Below, in pieces: positions 61,187-64,000 of a stretch of 64,000 nt of DNA. The stretch's first letter is position 1; each line of letters opens with the position of its first letter. A program made the translations under genes and the position numbers. This DNA comes from Massalongia carnosa (lineage: Eukaryota). A model generated the notes under the pieces. It had not been told where the DNA came from. It saw only the letters and a list, made by a program, of their open reading frames with translations, and did no database searches. The stretch lies in assembly GCA_965645245.1 (NCBI GenBank), contig OZ287086.1, positions 248,001-312,000 on the forward strand, read 5' to 3'.

Positions 61187-64000
61187 GTCGCCCCCGAAGA
61201 CGTTCAGAAGGGGTCCCTGTGTCGATTTCAGCCTTTTCTCTCTCAGAAGATTCGTTAGACGGTAGACATTGTGTCATATCTATAGCACTCTCTGTGGAAA
61301 ATCGAGTTATACACACCCATGCTTTGATTGATTGCGGTGCCTCGGGCTACGCATTCATTGATTCATCCTTCGCGCGAAACAATTCCCTACCTTTCACCCC
61401 TCTTATCCGTCCTCGTATCCTCGAAGTAGTCGATGGTCGCCCCGCGGCGGCCGGAAAACTTACTCATCTAATCAAGTCAAGGATGCGAATAAACCGTCAT
61501 TCCGAGCAAGGCTCGTTCTTAGTTACCCAACTGGGTCATTATCCTGTCGTCCTGGGAGTCAAGTGGCTTCAAATTCATGACCCCTCCGTCAGCTGGACTG
61601 AAAATACCCTGACCTTCTCGTCCACGTACTGTTTCCAGGAGTGTTTAGAGAATAAACACGTCCCTCTTGTCATTTCTGGCCTTCCTGATCCATCTGAAGG
61701 GACTCCTGAGTCCGCTTCGTCCCTGTCCTTGAAAACCGTCGAATCACGCAAGAACGAGGTCTCTTGTATGAAAACTCCTGAAACCCTGAAAGTCAGTGAG
61801 AACAAGGTCTCTCGCTCGACTCCTAGAACTCTCGAAGTCAGTGTATTAAACGCTCCTTCAAGTCCTGAATCCCGAACACTTCTTGAGCCACCGATCTCGA
61901 ACGCACGACCAATGACGGTCTGCACGGAATCTCCCGATCCCTCACCTATGAGCATTTACATGGTTGGAGCCGCTCCATTCTCGACCCTGATGAAGGACCG
62001 GAAGAACGAAATCTTCACCGCTTCCATGTATGAAATTGACAAAGCCCTTGAACAACTCAGAAATCCGAGAGAGAAAGTCAATCTCTCCGCCTCGTCCCTC
62101 GAAGATATCGCCAAGTCCTTGAAGCCCAAGAAAATCATCGATCCCGCCAGTATAGTGCCCGTGGAATTTCACGATCTTCTAGACGTCTTCTCCAAGCAAG
62201 AAGCCGATAAACTACCCCCGCACCGCTCCTACGATCATAAAATCGTTCTCAAGGAAGGAGCCATACCCTCGTCAGGCCCGCTGTTCAAGATGTCAGCTCC
62301 TGAACTACTAGTCTTGCAGAAATACTTGAAAGAAAACCTAGCCAAAGGATTTATTCGTGCCAGCTCCTCGCCCTGCTCCTCGCCCGTGTTATTCGCCCGA
62401 AAACCGTCGGGAGGACTGCGTTTCTGTGTAGACTATCGAGCTCTGAACGCGATCACGATCAAGAATCGCTATCCAATACCACTGATTCAAGAAACACTAG
62501 ATCGTCTTGCCAAGGCCATGATTTTCTCTAAGTTTGACATCATCGCGGCTTTCAACAAGCTACGAATGCAGAGCGGGCAAGAATGGATGACCGCTTTCAA
62601 GACCAGGTACGGTCTCTTCGAATATGAAGTATTGCCTTTCGGACTTTCAGGGGGGCCCGGCTCCTTTCAGCACTATATCAACGACGTTCTTCGAGAATAT
62701 TTAGATGCCTTTTGCACCGCCTATATCGACGACATTCTTGTATACAGTAAATCAAAGAAGGAACACAAGATTCACGTAAGAAAAGTTCTTGAAGCTCTGA
62801 GGTCCGCAGGTCTGCAACTGGACATAGAAAAGTGTGAATTCTTCGTCACGGAAACCACTTACCTGGGACTTATCATTTCGGACAAAGGAATCAAGATGGA
62901 CCCACGAAAAGTTCAGACGATCAAGGACTGGATAACACCCAAGAACATTAAGGATATTCAAGCTTTCGTGGGCTTCGCAAATTTCTATAGACGCTTCGTC
63001 AAGGGTTTCTCAGCCATTGCCTCGCCCCTGATCAAACTGACGAAAAAGGGGACCGTGTTCTCTTGGAACTCCGAGTGTGAGGCCGCGTTTCAAAGGCTAA
63101 AAAACGCATTTGTTAGCGATCTCATTCTGATGCATTTCGATCCTGAAAAGAAAATCGTGGTAGAAGTTGACGCTTCCGACTGGGTAGTGGGGGGTGTACT
63201 CTCACAGTACGATGACGAGGGAGTTCTACGCCCTGTAGCCTTCTTCTCGAAAAAACACGCCCCCGCGGAAATCAATTACGAGATCTATGACAAGGAACTC
63301 ATGGCCATCATTCGAGCTTTCGAGGAATGGAGATCCGAGCTCGAAGGAGCCGCCTTTCCTATTCAAGTCATTTCTGATCATAAGAATCTCGAATACTTCA
63401 TGACAACGAAACAGCTCAGTCGTCGTCAAGCACGCTGGTCCGAGTATCTCTCCCGCTTCGATTTCCAGATCATGTACCGCCCAGGGAAAAGCGGTGGAAA
63501 ACCCGACGCCCTGACTAGAAGGTCTCAAGACCTACCGAAGGGGGAGGATGATCCACGGATAAAAATTCAACATCAAGTGGTCTTGAAACCTCGAAATCTT
63601 GAACTTCTAGCGAACGGATTAGCAGATGAACCTCTCGAAGAAAATGTTGAAGCCTCGGAACAAAGTGAACCTCTGGAAATCGCCTCAGATCAGGATGAAA
63701 TCAAGACCTTGGAAGAATTATGGCAAGAAGCATTGGAAAAGGACCTCTTTCCGATGAGAATTCTGGAATTATTACGATCAGGTGCTAGACACTCCAAGGA
63801 AATCTCGCTGGCAGAGTGCACAGAGATGGATGGCCGACTGCACTATCGAGGAAAGATATACGTTCCGGACTCACACGCCCTGAAGATGAGACTTTACAAG
63901 TCCGTTCACGATAGCCCTGTAGCCGGTCATCCCGGTCGAGCCAAGACCTTTGATCTTCTGCAACGTCACTATTACTGGCCACGATTCTATCAGTTCGTAG
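61165..64000 (+). CDS. pol: Gypsy Pol (PR-RT-RNase H-start of IN), in the -1 frame relative to gag, partial
   Basis: ALIDCGASG, LRFCVDYRALN, YIDDILVY, VEVDASD, YEIYDKEL and HDSPVAGHPG. No stop noticed before the window end. Confidence 0.9.

Larger units (their letters stand above)
59623..64000 (+). mobile_element. Ty3/gypsy retrotransposon, apparently intact, running off the window
   Basis: Putative 5' LTR 59623-59877 (TGTCA..TCACA), followed by gag and pol. Confidence 0.95.

Noticed and set aside
1..64000. Starship captain (DUF3435) or Starship boundary
   Set aside because: No DUF3435-like ORF recognised in the window.

Overview
Fungal (filamentous ascomycete-type) genomic DNA, judged from short GT-AG introns with CTRAC-like branch sites and fungal TE families. 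The window is a TE-dense accessory region. Mobile DNA: a broken RecQ/TLH-like helicase gene, Tc1/IS630 and pogo/Fot1 DNA transposons, a TIR-bounded Plavaka element carrying a SNF2 ATPase, a decayed Ty1/copia, two Ty3/gypsy elements, five TSD-flanked solo LTRs and two non-LTR retroposed insertions, several of them nested. Between the TEs are conflict/immunity-type genes: an OTT_1508-like deaminase-MYND fusion, three PD-(D/E)xK nuclease genes, a disrupted NACHT-ankyrin NLR, and an intact head-to-head pair of an active kinase-ankyrin protein and a HeLo-like/pseudokinase protein. That pair resembles the RIPK/MLKL necroptosis architecture and is the top candidate for an undescribed system. The second candidate is a tyrosine-recombinase-like motif set inside the RecQ/TLH-like helicase. 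All domain calls come from reading motifs by eye; no database search was run.
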